This document shows positions 31,301 to 39,795 of a stretch of DNA of 64,000 nt, in pieces. The DNA is taken from positions 1-64,000 of the forward strand of contig JBMORE010000022.1 in assembly GCA_049322255.1 (NCBI GenBank). The letters run 5' to 3'. The notes under the pieces were generated by a model. The model saw only the letters and a program-made list of their open reading frames with translations. It searched no databases and was not told the DNA's origin. Position 1 is the stretch's first letter, and every line of letters begins with the position of its first letter. A program made the translations under genes and the position numbers. The stretch is from Myxococcota bacterium (GTDB lineage Bacteria > Myxococcota > Myxococcia > Myxococcales > Myxococcaceae).

Positions 31301-32902
31301 ACAGACGTTGGACTGCACTCCCTGCGAGGGTGTGGCGAAACCGATCTTGGCAGGTGGGCCGGGCAGAATGGTCACCGGCTGCGTCGCGCCGGTCAGCCCT
31401 GGGGCGCTGGTGGCCAGATTGCCTGCTCCGGCGGTGGTGGCCCGGAAGTGAAAGCTTCCCTGGCTCTGCCCAGCGGAGAGGGTCACCGCGGCGATGCCCA
31501 CGGTGCAGGCGGCGTCTAAGAAGAAGGAAAAGGATCCGGTGGGGGTTGCGCTCAAGGCGATGGAGGTGTTGGCCGTCACCGGCGCAACGTTGTTCACCAG
31601 GTCGCGCGTCTCCACCGTGACGACGGGCGAGCAGGCTCCGGAGACGGCCGTGCGTTGCGGGGTGACGAAGACGATGGCGGCCGGCGCTCCCGTGGTGACC
31701 GTTTGCACCTGGGAGACAGTTCCCAGCCCCGCGACGCTGGAGGCCACTTCCACGGCGCCGGGGGTGGTGGCTCGGAAATGGAAAGTCGCGCGCGTTTGCC
31801 CCGCGGGAATGGCAAGGCCGGCGGCGGGGAGGCCGCACGTCGCGTCAGCGAAGAAGGACACTCCTCCAGGCGGGTTGGCGGTGAGGGTGAGCGGAGCATC
31901 GGCGCCCACCGGCGAGGGGTTGCCCGAGCTATCGCGCGCCTCGAGGGTGAGCGCCTCAGAGCAGGCACCCGCCGCCACGGTTCGCGCAGGGGTGACGAAG
32001 GCGAGCGCAGAAGCGGAGCCTGCGCGCACGGTGGCGTTCTGTGTCGCGCTGCCCAGTGCGGCGGTGGTGGCGGTCAGCGGGTGCGTTCCAGGAACGGTGG
32101 CGCGAAAGCGAAAGACGGCGCGGCTGCCGTTCAAAGGCAAGTTGACTGACGTAGTGGGGAACGCGCAGGAAGGGTCGGAGTAGAAGGTGAAGCCACCGGG
32201 GGCGCTCAAGGCGACCGGGGTGACCGCCGTCACCGGGGTGACGGTGCCGGAAGGGTCGCGGCTCTCCACGGCCACCTCGTTCGAGCATGCGCCTGCGGCG
32301 ACCGTCTGGGCCGTCGTGGCGAAGGCGATCTGCGAAGCCGGCTGTACGCACGGCTGGTTCTGACAAGTTGGATCAGCGCAACCGGCCTTCCCATCGCAGT
32401 TGAGGTCGGTGACGCCTTGGCAGTACTCACGCACGCTGGGGTTGACTTGGCTGCTTTGGTCGTCGCAGTCGGGTCCTCCAGCGCCGGCGCTGATGAAGCC
32501 GTCGCGATCGACGTCGAAGGTCGCATCGGGAGCGGCGAGGGTCAGCGTCACTGTGACCGGGTCGCCCACCGGGAAGGTGCTTCTTTGCGTCGTGCTCGAG
32601 CCGTTCGACAGGAGAGGCTCGGCGCACCCTTCACCCCACATCGCCAGCGCCCGAATACCAATCTGGTGCGGCAATTCACCTTGGTAGATGGCGACCTTGT
32701 ACTCCTCCTTGTCGAACGGTTCGAAATCCACCGTGGACAACACGGTGCCCCGTTCGTCGAGCGCCTCCACCCGCAGACAGCTGGCTTTCACGCCCGTCTC
32801 CACCCGTACCGCCGCCACGATGGGGCTCCCTTGGGGAGAGCGATCGCAGGCGGCGACGAAAAGCGCGGTCAGCGCGGCCCAGCGTCCCACAGTCATCGGC
32901 AC
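28346..32902 (-). CDS. Large surface lipoprotein / adhesin-like protein with Ig-like repeats
   Basis: Lipobox VAAC; DVDRDGF..DCDD..NP..E.C..DLNCDG motif; nine ~110-aa repeats; four ~85-aa C-terminal repeats. Confidence 0.85.
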   Translation of the reverse strand: MPMTVGRWAALTALFVAACDRSPQGSPIVAAVRVETGVKASCLRVEALDERGTVLSTVDFEPFDKEEYKVAIYQGELPHQIGIRALAMWGEGCAEPLLSNGSSTTQRSTFPVGDPVTVTLTLAAPDATFDVDRDGFISAGAGGPDCDDQSSQVNPSVREYCQGVTDLNCDGKAGCADPTCQNQPCVQPASQIAFATTAQTVAAGACSNEVAVESRDPSGTVTPVTAVTPVALSAPGGFTFYSDPSCAFPTTSVNLPLNGSRAVFRFRATVPGTHPLTATTAALGSATQNATVRAGSASALAFVTPARTVAAGACSEALTLEARDSSGNPSPVGADAPLTLTANPPGGVSFFADATCGLPAAGLAIPAGQTRATFHFRATTPGAVEVASSVAGLGTVSQVQTVTTGAPAAIVFVTPQRTAVSGACSPVVTVETRDLVNNVAPVTANTSIALSATPTGSFSFFLDAACTVGIAAVTLSAGQSQGSFHFRATTAGAGNLATSAPGLTGATQPVTILPGPPAKIGFATPSQGVQSNVCSGVVTIEAQDAAGNRSNLATGSMVALSANPSTNFAFFTDPGCTTPTMNVTILAGAASVNFYFRGFNTGPVNVTAQTVALGFATQQHTIVLGPPTRLAFVTGPKTLVAGACSTVLTVQTQDAGGNPSNVAAPTPLTLGASPAANFGFFSDASCTTSVTGITLSSGSASAGFYVRGTQPGAVGVTVSGGGLSPANQTETIQAGPPVALVFATPSQTVAAGNCSGIATVRSTDAFNNPSPVTTSTSVALTSTAASGFAFFADAGCTAPVSSVTLGVGTSSVSFYFRGTTAGSVNITASSTVGSASQLETVAAGNAAALVFTTAAQTLSAGTCSGNVTVQRQDSFGNPTTLGGTLTVSLLAAPSAGFTFHRNGSCSDGPFTSVTINAGSTGTSFRFLGNVAGSVTVTASASGLSNAAQAETITPAPPTVLAFTSAPQTVTAGQCSSASNLESRDGFGNVSAVTAATSVTLLASPSAGFTFYSDPSCLTSTLTTTIAASTSSASFWFMGTLPGSVTVTASASGMSSAVQTQTLSSAAQRLAFLTAAQSRAAGECSAVVQIESQDMGGSPAPVGSATTVNLVAAPATNFAFYSDAGCTTPVTNVSIPALGTQASFYFKGLTGGSFGVTASATGLTSANQTETIRNAVNAGSCFIAAGAASVSCTVSPALPDVNKTIVFFQAAGDGTGPGASYVRCHLQDASTLACSRRSSFGTLAISIDWQAAYFPTGVRVQHLQQNCAGDTTNVTLPSAVNMSETFVLFSAEAGGVTANNEDFNTVQLTSPTNVEITHAGGGCTFTAVYNLQVVEWTGASVTRGLIGPSPPAIQNNALTASATGLSAADPTRTFLLYSWRTGAGGDETCERMLQGSVPSGTTLSFERGCSSDQIDAIAYERVGLPNFNLVQQVAVQISSGLSNTASLSTVDTTRSVVFAGGMVTGGTAAGKGTHSGAPERLGPMLGRHLLTNATTLRVERGFGSGTSDWASYVVELFPP

Positions 32903-32971
32903 CTCCCGGGACTTCGAAGGCTACCAAAGCTTGCCGGTTCGAAGGAGGGGAAGGCGTGTTAGAGGGAGGGG

Positions 32972-34234
32972 GTGACCGCTCCGAAGCTCTTGTTCGCCGA
33001 TCCGCGAGGAAGGGTGCTCGAGCATCCCAAGCTCCTTGCCACCCTGCGAAGCGGTGAGGCGCTGCTCGGTCCAATCGACGCGCCCATCGCTTTGCCCCAA
33101 GGCGGCCGACTGGTGCATCTACCGGGCAGGTTGCCGGTAGGCATCGACCCGGACACCGGCGCGCTGACGCTTCTGGAGGGGGTGACGGCCGTGGGGGCCC
33201 TATTGCCTCCCGGCTACACGCGGACCTATCTGCCCGGCGAGGTGAAGGGGGAGGGACCGGTGCTGCCCCAGTGGGCCTACACCGCCGCTGCGTGGACGAA
33301 GAGGGGCCCGGTGGCGTGGGCGCTGCGCACCGACCGGCGCACCCACTGGAACCCTGAGCGCTACTCCACCCGCGAGCTGCAGGGGTACATCGACGCGCAC
33401 CAGGCGAGGTTCCCCAACAACCGCGTGCTTGTGCAGCTCACCACCTGCGCGCTGGTCTACCGTTGCTTCACCAGCCAGAACGTTTTCTACGTGCGGGACG
33501 AGGCGGCGCTCCCCGCTTCGGTCGCCTGCAACGCGCGCTGCGTGGGCTGCATCTCCGAGCAGCCCAAGGGTGGTCCCCCTGCCTCTCATGAGCGGATGGA
33601 AGAGGGCCCTTTGGCCGAGGAGCTGGGCCTCATCGGCGTCCACCACCTGCAACACGCCTCCGGCCGGGTGATGGTCAGCTTCGGCCAGGGTTGCGAGGGC
33701 GAGCCGCTCACGCGCTGGAGGGTCATCGCCGCCGCCATTCGCTTCATGCGCGCACGCACGTCACGCGGGTCGATCAACCTCAACACCAACGGCAGCCTCC
33801 CGGGCGCGATGGAGCCCCTCTTCGACGCCGGCCTCGACGCGGTGCGCATCTCCCTCAACTCGGCGGTGAAGGACCTCTACGAGGCCTACTACCTGCCCCG
33901 CGGCTACGGCTGGGAGCAGGTGGAGGCGACCATCGCGCTGGCCCGCAAGCGCCACGCGTACCTGGCGCTCAACCTGCTCACCTTTCCGGGCGTCAACGAT
34001 CGCGCCGGCGAGGTCGATGCCTTGGCCGAGCTCATCGTGCGTCATCGGATCGACCAAGTGCAGACGCGCTCCTTGTGCATCGACCCCGCTCAATACGTCG
34101 AGGTCGCCCGCGGCCGCGGCGGTGGCGGAGAGCCCATCGGCGTGCGGGCAATGCTCCAAAAGCTTCGCCGCCGCGCCCCCTGGCTCGTCATCGGCAACTT
34201 CGCTCGTGCACGTTTCGAGCGGCGTGGTCTATAG
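32972..34234 (+). CDS. Radical SAM protein
   Basis: CNARCVGC (CxxxCxxC), SFGQGCEGEP, NTNGS, RISLNS. Confidence 0.9.
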   Translation: MTAPKLLFADPRGRVLEHPKLLATLRSGEALLGPIDAPIALPQGGRLVHLPGRLPVGIDPDTGALTLLEGVTAVGALLPPGYTRTYLPGEVKGEGPVLPQWAYTAAAWTKRGPVAWALRTDRRTHWNPERYSTRELQGYIDAHQARFPNNRVLVQLTTCALVYRCFTSQNVFYVRDEAALPASVACNARCVGCISEQPKGGPPASHERMEEGPLAEELGLIGVHHLQHASGRVMVSFGQGCEGEPLTRWRVIAAAIRFMRARTSRGSINLNTNGSLPGAMEPLFDAGLDAVRISLNSAVKDLYEAYYLPRGYGWEQVEATIALARKRHAYLALNLLTFPGVNDRAGEVDALAELIVRHRIDQVQTRSLCIDPAQYVEVARGRGGGGEPIGVRAMLQKLRRRAPWLVIGNFARARFERRGL

Positions 34235-34243
34235 AAGGGCGCC

Positions 34244-34420
34244 ATGGCCAAGCGTTTCGAAAGCTTTCCTCCCTGCTGCCAAAAAATTCTCGAGCAGCTC
34301 GACCGCGAGAAGCGGCGGGGCGCGCGCAACTGCGAAAAGGGACACCTGGTGTCGCTCGAGTACGCTCTGCAGCTTTCGGCGAAAAAAGAAACGGGACTTC
34401 AGCCAAAGGGGGAAAGCTGA
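34244..34420 (+). CDS. Small 58-aa Cys/His protein (not in ORF track)
   Basis: ATG 9 bp after radical SAM stop with AAGGG upstream; MAKRFESFPPCCQKILEQLDREKRRGARNCEKGHLVSLEYALQLSAKKETGLQPKGES. Confidence 0.5.
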   Translation: MAKRFESFPPCCQKILEQLDREKRRGARNCEKGHLVSLEYALQLSAKKETGLQPKGES

Positions 34421-34429
34421 AGTCCCGTT
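34382..34429 (-). terminator. Intrinsic terminator
   Basis: AACGGGACTTCAGC/GCTGAAGTCCCGTT 14-bp stem followed on the minus strand by TCTTTTTT. Confidence 0.8.
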
Positions 34430-34481
34430 CGAGGCTGAACCCGTTTCAGCCTCTGACCATGTTCGGCCGCTTCGGCCTGAC
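34382..34481 (-). ncRNA. Candidate ~100-nt small RNA with three hairpins
   Basis: Stems of 5, 9 and 14 bp; last has a UUUCCCCCUUU loop and U tail; sigma54-like motif correctly spaced upstream. Confidence 0.5.
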
Positions 34482-34492
34482 GGTGCGCCATT

Positions 34493-34507
34493 ACAAAGGG
34501 CGAGCCA
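34493..34507 (-). promoter_or_regulatory. Candidate sigma54 promoter
   Basis: Minus strand TGGC-N7-TTGT (consensus TGGC-N7-TTGC). Confidence 0.4.
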
Positions 34508-34591
34508 ATGTTTGGGGGCGGGGAAGAGCCCGTCGCCACTGGGGGAAGGTCTCCCCCGTGAGCGTCAAGAGTCTTGGCAATGGCGCGCGGG

Positions 34592-35362
34592 TTACGCGTC
34601 GTCGTCCGAGGTTCGGACAGTCTCGGTGATTTTGGAGAGCACCGAGTCCTTGGTGACGTAGCCGTCGGCGCCCGCCTCGCGGCAGATGCGTTTGAGCTCG
34701 GCCTCGTCTTCGCCCGAGCACAACAGCACCTTGATGCCGCGAAAGAGGGTGTTGCCCTTGATGAAGCGGCAGAACTGCTCCCCGTTGACGTTGGGCATGC
34801 GGACGTCCAATAGGACGAGGTCGGGGCGGGTCTGCTTCTTGAGGATGATTTTGGTCGCCTTGTCGGCGGTGTCGGCAGTGAAGACCTCCAAGCCCTTGGC
34901 GCTCAGCTCCGATTGGAGAAGCAGCGCCACCGTCTCGCTGTCGTCGACGATGAGCACCCGTTTCTTGCGCGTGGTGGGTGTCTGGGCGCTCTCGCCGGCC
35001 GGGGCGGTGAGCTTGCCGACGTTGGCGACCGCCGACTCCAGCCCCTTCGACTTGCAGATGTAGCCGTCGGCGCCGACGGCCTTGGCCTTGGCCGCCAGCT
35101 CGGTCTCGGCGATGTCCGAATAGAGCACCAGCTTGGAGGAGAGCTTTCGTTGGGTGCGCAAAAACTCCACCACGTCGTCGCCGTACATCTCGGGCATGTT
35201 GACGTCGACCAGCACCAAGTCGAACTTCGTCTTGGCCAGCGCGGCGTCGAGGCTGGCGAGGTCCGCCGCTCCCTCGGTGGTGTAGCCGGCAGAGCGCAAG
35301 GCACGAACCACCAGGTCCAGGGTCATCTGGCTGTCGTCGATGACGAGCACGTGAGCGGACAT
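34592..35362 (-). CDS. frzZ: FrzZ dual-receiver response regulator
   Basis: Two receiver domains (VDVNMP, LDVRMP); divergent from the frz operon. Confidence 0.9.
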   Translation of the reverse strand: MSAHVLVIDDSQMTLDLVVRALRSAGYTTEGAADLASLDAALAKTKFDLVLVDVNMPEMYGDDVVEFLRTQRKLSSKLVLYSDIAETELAAKAKAVGADGYICKSKGLESAVANVGKLTAPAGESAQTPTTRKKRVLIVDDSETVALLLQSELSAKGLEVFTADTADKATKIILKKQTRPDLVLLDVRMPNVNGEQFCRFIKGNTLFRGIKVLLCSGEDEAELKRICREAGADGYVTKDSVLSKITETVRTSDDDA

Positions 35363-35415
35363 TCAAGGGCTCTTTTTAGCGGGCCGCTGGGCCAAATCCA
35401 ATCCCGGTGCACTTC

Positions 35416-35444
35416 TTGACCCGTCTTCCGCAGGTTTCGATACT
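35416..35444 (+). promoter_or_regulatory. Sigma70-like promoter of the frz operon
   Basis: TTGACC-N17-GATACT. Confidence 0.4.
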
Positions 35445-35454
35445 GTAGCGCCCT

Positions 35455-35970
35455 TTGGAGCCGACATCCCTACAGCGTGCGCTGGCCTCCGCTCCCCAGC
35501 GGCCGGTCGTCAACACGGAACGCCCGGAGCAGGAGCTCTTTTGCTTTCGCCTGGGCGAGATGGATTTCGGTGTGCCCTCGGGCAACGTTCGTGAAGTCAC
35601 TCGGCTCGGCCCGATGACGCCCCTGCCCCGCACCGCCTCCTTCGTGCTGGGGGTGGCCGGTCACCGGGGTGAGGTTTTACCGGTGGTCGACCTGTTGCGC
35701 TTTCTGGGCAAGGGAGAAGCCAAGGTCGGGCCGCGGACGCGGCTGCTCGTGGGCATGTCCGGCACACTCACCGCCGCGGTGGTGGCTGACGCGGTGATCG
35801 GCCTCAAGCGTATTCCGGTGGCCGACATCCTCCCTCCGCCACTGAGCGGCGACGCCGCCTCCGAGCACTTGGTGGGGGTGGTCAACCCCACCGACGGCCA
35901 AGACGCGCTCTCGGTGCTCGACTTCGCCAAGCTCCTGCAAGGCGCGCGGCAGCGGGTGGTGGCACGATGA
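35455..35970 (+). CDS. frzA: FrzA CheW adaptor
   Basis: ELFCFRLG, TPLPRT..FVLGVAGHRGEVLPVVDLL; start codon uncertain. Confidence 0.88.
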   Translation: MEPTSLQRALASAPQRPVVNTERPEQELFCFRLGEMDFGVPSGNVREVTRLGPMTPLPRTASFVLGVAGHRGEVLPVVDLLRFLGKGEAKVGPRTRLLVGMSGTLTAAVVADAVIGLKRIPVADILPPPLSGDAASEHLVGVVNPTDGQDALSVLDFAKLLQGARQRVVAR

Positions 35971-36293
35971 GCCAAGAGGCGCCGACGGTGGACCTGCTTC
36001 TTTTCGAGGTGGGGGGGACGGTGATGGGTGCAGACGCCTCCCAGGTGTTGCGCATCGACGCGGTCGCGCCTGACAAGAAACGGGCGGCCGGGGCGCGGGC
36101 ACTGGTCTTCCAAGCGGAGGACGGCGAGCGTTTCGTGGCCGTCGACGAGGTGCGCGAGGTGAAGACGGTGAACGTGACCGACCTGCGTCGAATGCCCGAG
36201 GCGACGGGCGCGCCGCCGTATGCGATCGGAGTTTGGCTCGACGGCGCTCGGCCTGTGCCGCTGGTGGATCTCGTCGAATTTTCGAAGTCCTAG
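35967..36293 (+). CDS. frzB: FrzB short CheW-like protein
   Basis: VDLLLFEVG..GADASQVLRID; lies between frzA and frzCD. Confidence 0.85.
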   Translation: MSQEAPTVDLLLFEVGGTVMGADASQVLRIDAVAPDKKRAAGARALVFQAEDGERFVAVDEVREVKTVNVTDLRRMPEATGAPPYAIGVWLDGARPVPLVDLVEFSKS

Positions 36294-36303
36294 GAGGAAA
36301 AAC

Positions 36304-37548
36304 GTGGCGACGGAACCCGATATGGAGAAGACCGGCACCCGAAGACGGCCCACTCCCGCGAAGAAGGAGATGGCCAACGAGGTGAAGCTTCGGCCTCTGA
36401 CCGAGACGCTGGCGGCGGCGCTCGCCGGTGATTTGAACGTGCGGGTGGCCACCACGGGCCTCACGGGAGACCTCGGGCGGGCCGGTCACCTGCTCAACGA
36501 GCTGCTCGAGAAGCTCGCCCGGCAAATCGAGGAGGCCGAGCGGCGAAAGCAGCTGACCACTCAGGAGATTGACCAGGCGCTCGACGCGCTCATCGCCCTG
36601 GTGCGGCAGGGAGACCTCTCCCGCTGGAGCTCGAACACCGACGACCCGCAGCTGGGGCCTTTGCTCGAGGGCTTCGGGAAGGTGATCGAGACGTTGCGCA
36701 CCTTCGTGCGCGAGATCAACGAGGCGGCGTTGCGCCTGTCGTCCTCGGCCAACGAGGTCTTGGCTGCCTCTACCCAGCACGAGTCCTCCTCCACCGAGCA
36801 AGCGGCGGCCATCCACGAGACCACCGCCACCATGGAAGAGCTCAAGCACGCCTCGGCGCAGATCGCCGAGAACGCAGGGGCAGTGGCGCGGGTGGCGGAG
36901 GAGACGCTGGGAGCGGCGCGCTCAGGAAGGGGAGCGATCGGCGAGTTCATCGAGGCGATGCAGAAGATTCGCGCCGACGGGGTGGCGGTGGCCGAGTCGA
37001 TCGCCAAGCTCTCCAAACGGGTGGAACGCATCGGCACGGTGGTCGAGGTGATCGACGAGATCGCCGATCGTTCCGATCTGCTCGCGCTCAACGCCGCGCT
37101 GGAGGGCTCGCGCGCGGGAGAGGCGGGCAAGGGCTTCTCGATCGTCGCCGCGGAGATGCGGCGGCTGGCGGAAAACGTGTTCGGGTCGACCAAAGAGATC
37201 AAGAACCTGATCACCGAGATTCGGGAGGCGACGGCGGCGGCGGCAGGAGCGGCCGACGCCTCGCAGAGCGCGACGGAAGCGGGGGAGAAGCTGGGCTCGG
37301 TGGCGGCCACCGCGGTGGAGGGCATTCTCGCCGGGGTGCAGGAGACCTCCGACGCGGCGCGGGTGATCAACCTCGCCACCCAGCAGCAGCGCACCGCCAC
37401 CGAGCAGGTGGTGGCGTCGATGGCCGAGATCGAGGAGGTCACCCGCCAGACCACCTCCGCCTCGAAGCAGGCCACGGGCGCGGCGGCCGAGCTCACTCAG
37501 CTCGCCGGCCGCCTGGCAGAGCTGATCAAACGGTTCAAGGCCGACTAG
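36304..37548 (+). CDS. frzCD: FrzCD cytoplasmic chemoreceptor
   Basis: No TM helix; basic N-terminus; IADRSDLLALNAALEGSRAGEAGKGF; GTG start after AGGAGG. Confidence 0.93.
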   Translation: MATEPDMEKTGTRRRPTPAKKEMANEVKLRPLTETLAAALAGDLNVRVATTGLTGDLGRAGHLLNELLEKLARQIEEAERRKQLTTQEIDQALDALIALVRQGDLSRWSSNTDDPQLGPLLEGFGKVIETLRTFVREINEAALRLSSSANEVLAASTQHESSSTEQAAAIHETTATMEELKHASAQIAENAGAVARVAEETLGAARSGRGAIGEFIEAMQKIRADGVAVAESIAKLSKRVERIGTVVEVIDEIADRSDLLALNAALEGSRAGEAGKGFSIVAAEMRRLAENVFGSTKEIKNLITEIREATAAAAGAADASQSATEAGEKLGSVAATAVEGILAGVQETSDAARVINLATQQQRTATEQVVASMAEIEEVTRQTTSASKQATGAAAELTQLAGRLAELIKRFKAD

Positions 37549-37579
37549 GAGGTAAAAAAGGGCGAGCGCCCCTGCCTCG

Positions 37580-39769
37580 ATGGACACGGAGAGCCTCAAG
37601 AAGTCCCTCGTCAAGAAGTTCGTCGAGGTGACCGGGGATCGACTCCAGAAGATTCAGCTGGGGGCGATCGATCTCGAGAAGCCGGAGGCGGCCAAGGCCG
37701 CCGAAGACGTCGCGCGCGAGCTGCACACGATGAAGGGCGAGGCGCGCATGTTGGGGCTGTCGGCCATCGGTCAGCTCGCCCACGCCGCCGAAGATCTGCT
37801 CAAGAGCCACAAAGAGGGTAAGGCCAGCGCGCGGATCGCCACCGACCTGCTCTTGCGTGCCTGTGACGCGGTGAGCGACCTGCTGGAGGACCCCGCGGCG
37901 GGAATCACGGGCAACGCCGTGTCGGAGGCGATGGTCAAGACGCTCGCCCAAGCCTCGGGACACGCGCCGCCGGCGCTGGGCGTGTCGGTGCCACGGCCTT
38001 CGGTCGAACGGCCGAAGGCGGGGGCCAAGGCACCAGGCGAGGAGGAGGCGCCCGTCGAGCGCCGCGCCGGCGCCGATCGCAGCATTCGGGTGAACGTGGA
38101 GATTCTCGACACGCTCGGCCTGCTCGCGGGAGATCTCTTGGTCGAGAGCGCGCGCTCCAAGCTGCGCTCGGGGGAGCTGGAGGAGCTTCTGCAGCGGTAT
38201 TCGCGCATGGGCGATCGCCTCTTGCGGCTGGGTCACGCCCTGCCCCACGACGACCAGACGCACCAGCAGCTCGATCGCCTGGAGAACGACCTGCACCTTT
38301 TGCGCGACGACTCGTTTCGCTACGTGCGCCGTCACGTCGACGGGCTCAACACCTTGCAGGGGAGCCTTTCGTACCTGGCCGACAACGTGGCGCAAGCGCG
38401 CCTGGTGCCGCTGGCCACGGTGTTCGAGGCTTTCCCCCGCGCGGTGCGCGACATCGCCCAGCAGCAGGACAAGCGCGTCGATCTGAAGATCGACAATCCT
38501 GGGGTGGGGGTGGACCGCTCCATGGTGAACGACGTGCGTGACGCGCTCATTCACCTGGTGCGCAACGCGGTCGATCACGGCTTGGAGGCACCCGACTTCC
38601 GCTCGGCGCTGGGGAAGCCACCGGTGGGCAGGCTGTCGATTCGTGTGCGCGCCGACGGTGACATGCTGCACGTGGAGATCGAGGACGATGGCCGCGGCAT
38701 GGACCCCGAGCGCCTGAGGGCCTCGGCGGTGTCCAAGCGCATTCTCTCGCAACAGCAGGCAGCGGTGCTGTCCGACCGCGACGCGATCGAGCTCATCTTC
38801 TTGCCCGGATTTTCCACCCGCGACGAGGTGAGCGAGCTGTCCGGCCGCGGGGTGGGCATGGACGTGGTCAAGCGCAAGGTCGAGGCGCTCGGCGGCTCGG
38901 TGGCGGTGAGCAGCAAGGTGGGTTTGGGCACCACCTTCCACCTGCGCCTTCCGCAGTCGCTCGCCCTGATGAGGGTGCTCCTGGTTCGCCTGGGCGACGA
39001 CATCTACGGCATGCCCGCCGCCGACGTGGAGGCGGTGACCCGGGTCAGACCCGAGGACCGTTCCGAAATCTTCGGGACGGTAGCGCTCCAGCATCGGGCC
39101 CAACCCGTGTCGCTGGTGGCGCTGGGCCCATTGCTCGCGCTCAACGGAGGCCCGGGTCACGACCGGCCGCCGGCGGTGATCGTCCGCCACGGCTCGGACC
39201 GGGCGGCGCTGGTGGTCGATGGGCTGGTCGACGAGCGCGAGGTGGCGGTGAAGCCTTGCGGCGGCGACTTCCTCAAGGGGGCGCCCTTCATCGGCGGCAC
39301 CGCCGCTCTCGAGGACGGGCGCATCGCGGTGCTCCTGCACGTGCCTGATCTGATGACCGAGGTGCGCCGCATGGCCAAGCCGGTGGGTGAGGCCCAGGCC
39401 GCCAAGCGCCTCAAGGTGCTCTTGGTCGACGATTCGCCGATTGCCCGGGCCACCGAGAGCGCCCTGGTCCGCGCCCTGGGGCACAGCGTCGACGAGGCGC
39501 AAGACGGCGAGGAGGGCTACGCCAAGGTGCTGGCGCAGAGCTACGACCTCATCCTCTCCGACGTGCAGATGCCGAGGCTCGATGGCTTTTCCTTCACCCG
39601 CCGGATCAAGGGCAACCCCAGCTACGCGAAGATTCCGGTGATCATTCTTTCCTCGCTCGCCTCGCCCGAGGACCGCCGCCGCGGCCTCGACGCGGGAGCC
39701 GACGCCTACCTCATCAAGGGCGAGCTGGGCGTCGAAATTCTCGCTCAGACGATTGACCGGCTCACGTGA
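37580..39769 (+). CDS. frzE: FrzE CheA-CheY hybrid kinase
   Basis: LHTMKGEARM, HLVRNAVDHG, SGRGVGMDVV, receiver SDVQMP. Confidence 0.93.
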   Translation: MDTESLKKSLVKKFVEVTGDRLQKIQLGAIDLEKPEAAKAAEDVARELHTMKGEARMLGLSAIGQLAHAAEDLLKSHKEGKASARIATDLLLRACDAVSDLLEDPAAGITGNAVSEAMVKTLAQASGHAPPALGVSVPRPSVERPKAGAKAPGEEEAPVERRAGADRSIRVNVEILDTLGLLAGDLLVESARSKLRSGELEELLQRYSRMGDRLLRLGHALPHDDQTHQQLDRLENDLHLLRDDSFRYVRRHVDGLNTLQGSLSYLADNVAQARLVPLATVFEAFPRAVRDIAQQQDKRVDLKIDNPGVGVDRSMVNDVRDALIHLVRNAVDHGLEAPDFRSALGKPPVGRLSIRVRADGDMLHVEIEDDGRGMDPERLRASAVSKRILSQQQAAVLSDRDAIELIFLPGFSTRDEVSELSGRGVGMDVVKRKVEALGGSVAVSSKVGLGTTFHLRLPQSLALMRVLLVRLGDDIYGMPAADVEAVTRVRPEDRSEIFGTVALQHRAQPVSLVALGPLLALNGGPGHDRPPAVIVRHGSDRAALVVDGLVDEREVAVKPCGGDFLKGAPFIGGTAALEDGRIAVLLHVPDLMTEVRRMAKPVGEAQAAKRLKVLLVDDSPIARATESALVRALGHSVDEAQDGEEGYAKVLAQSYDLILSDVQMPRLDGFSFTRRIKGNPSYAKIPVIILSSLASPEDRRRGLDAGADAYLIKGELGVEILAQTIDRLT

Positions 39770-39795
39770 TGTCGTGCTCCGCCGAGGGTGGGTGA

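Noticed and set aside
28346..32902. CRISPR array or nucleotide tandem repeat
   Set aside because: Repeats are diverged protein-domain repeats inside one ORF; no repeat-spacer structure or cas genes seen in the window
34382..34560. c-di-GMP riboswitch, tRNA, or Pxr itself
   Set aside because: No GEMM or cloverleaf features recognised; no downstream gene to control; context differs from the known pxr locus
36304..36380. Basic N-terminus on a TM-less chemoreceptor as a novelty
   Set aside because: Already described for FrzCD (nucleoid binding)
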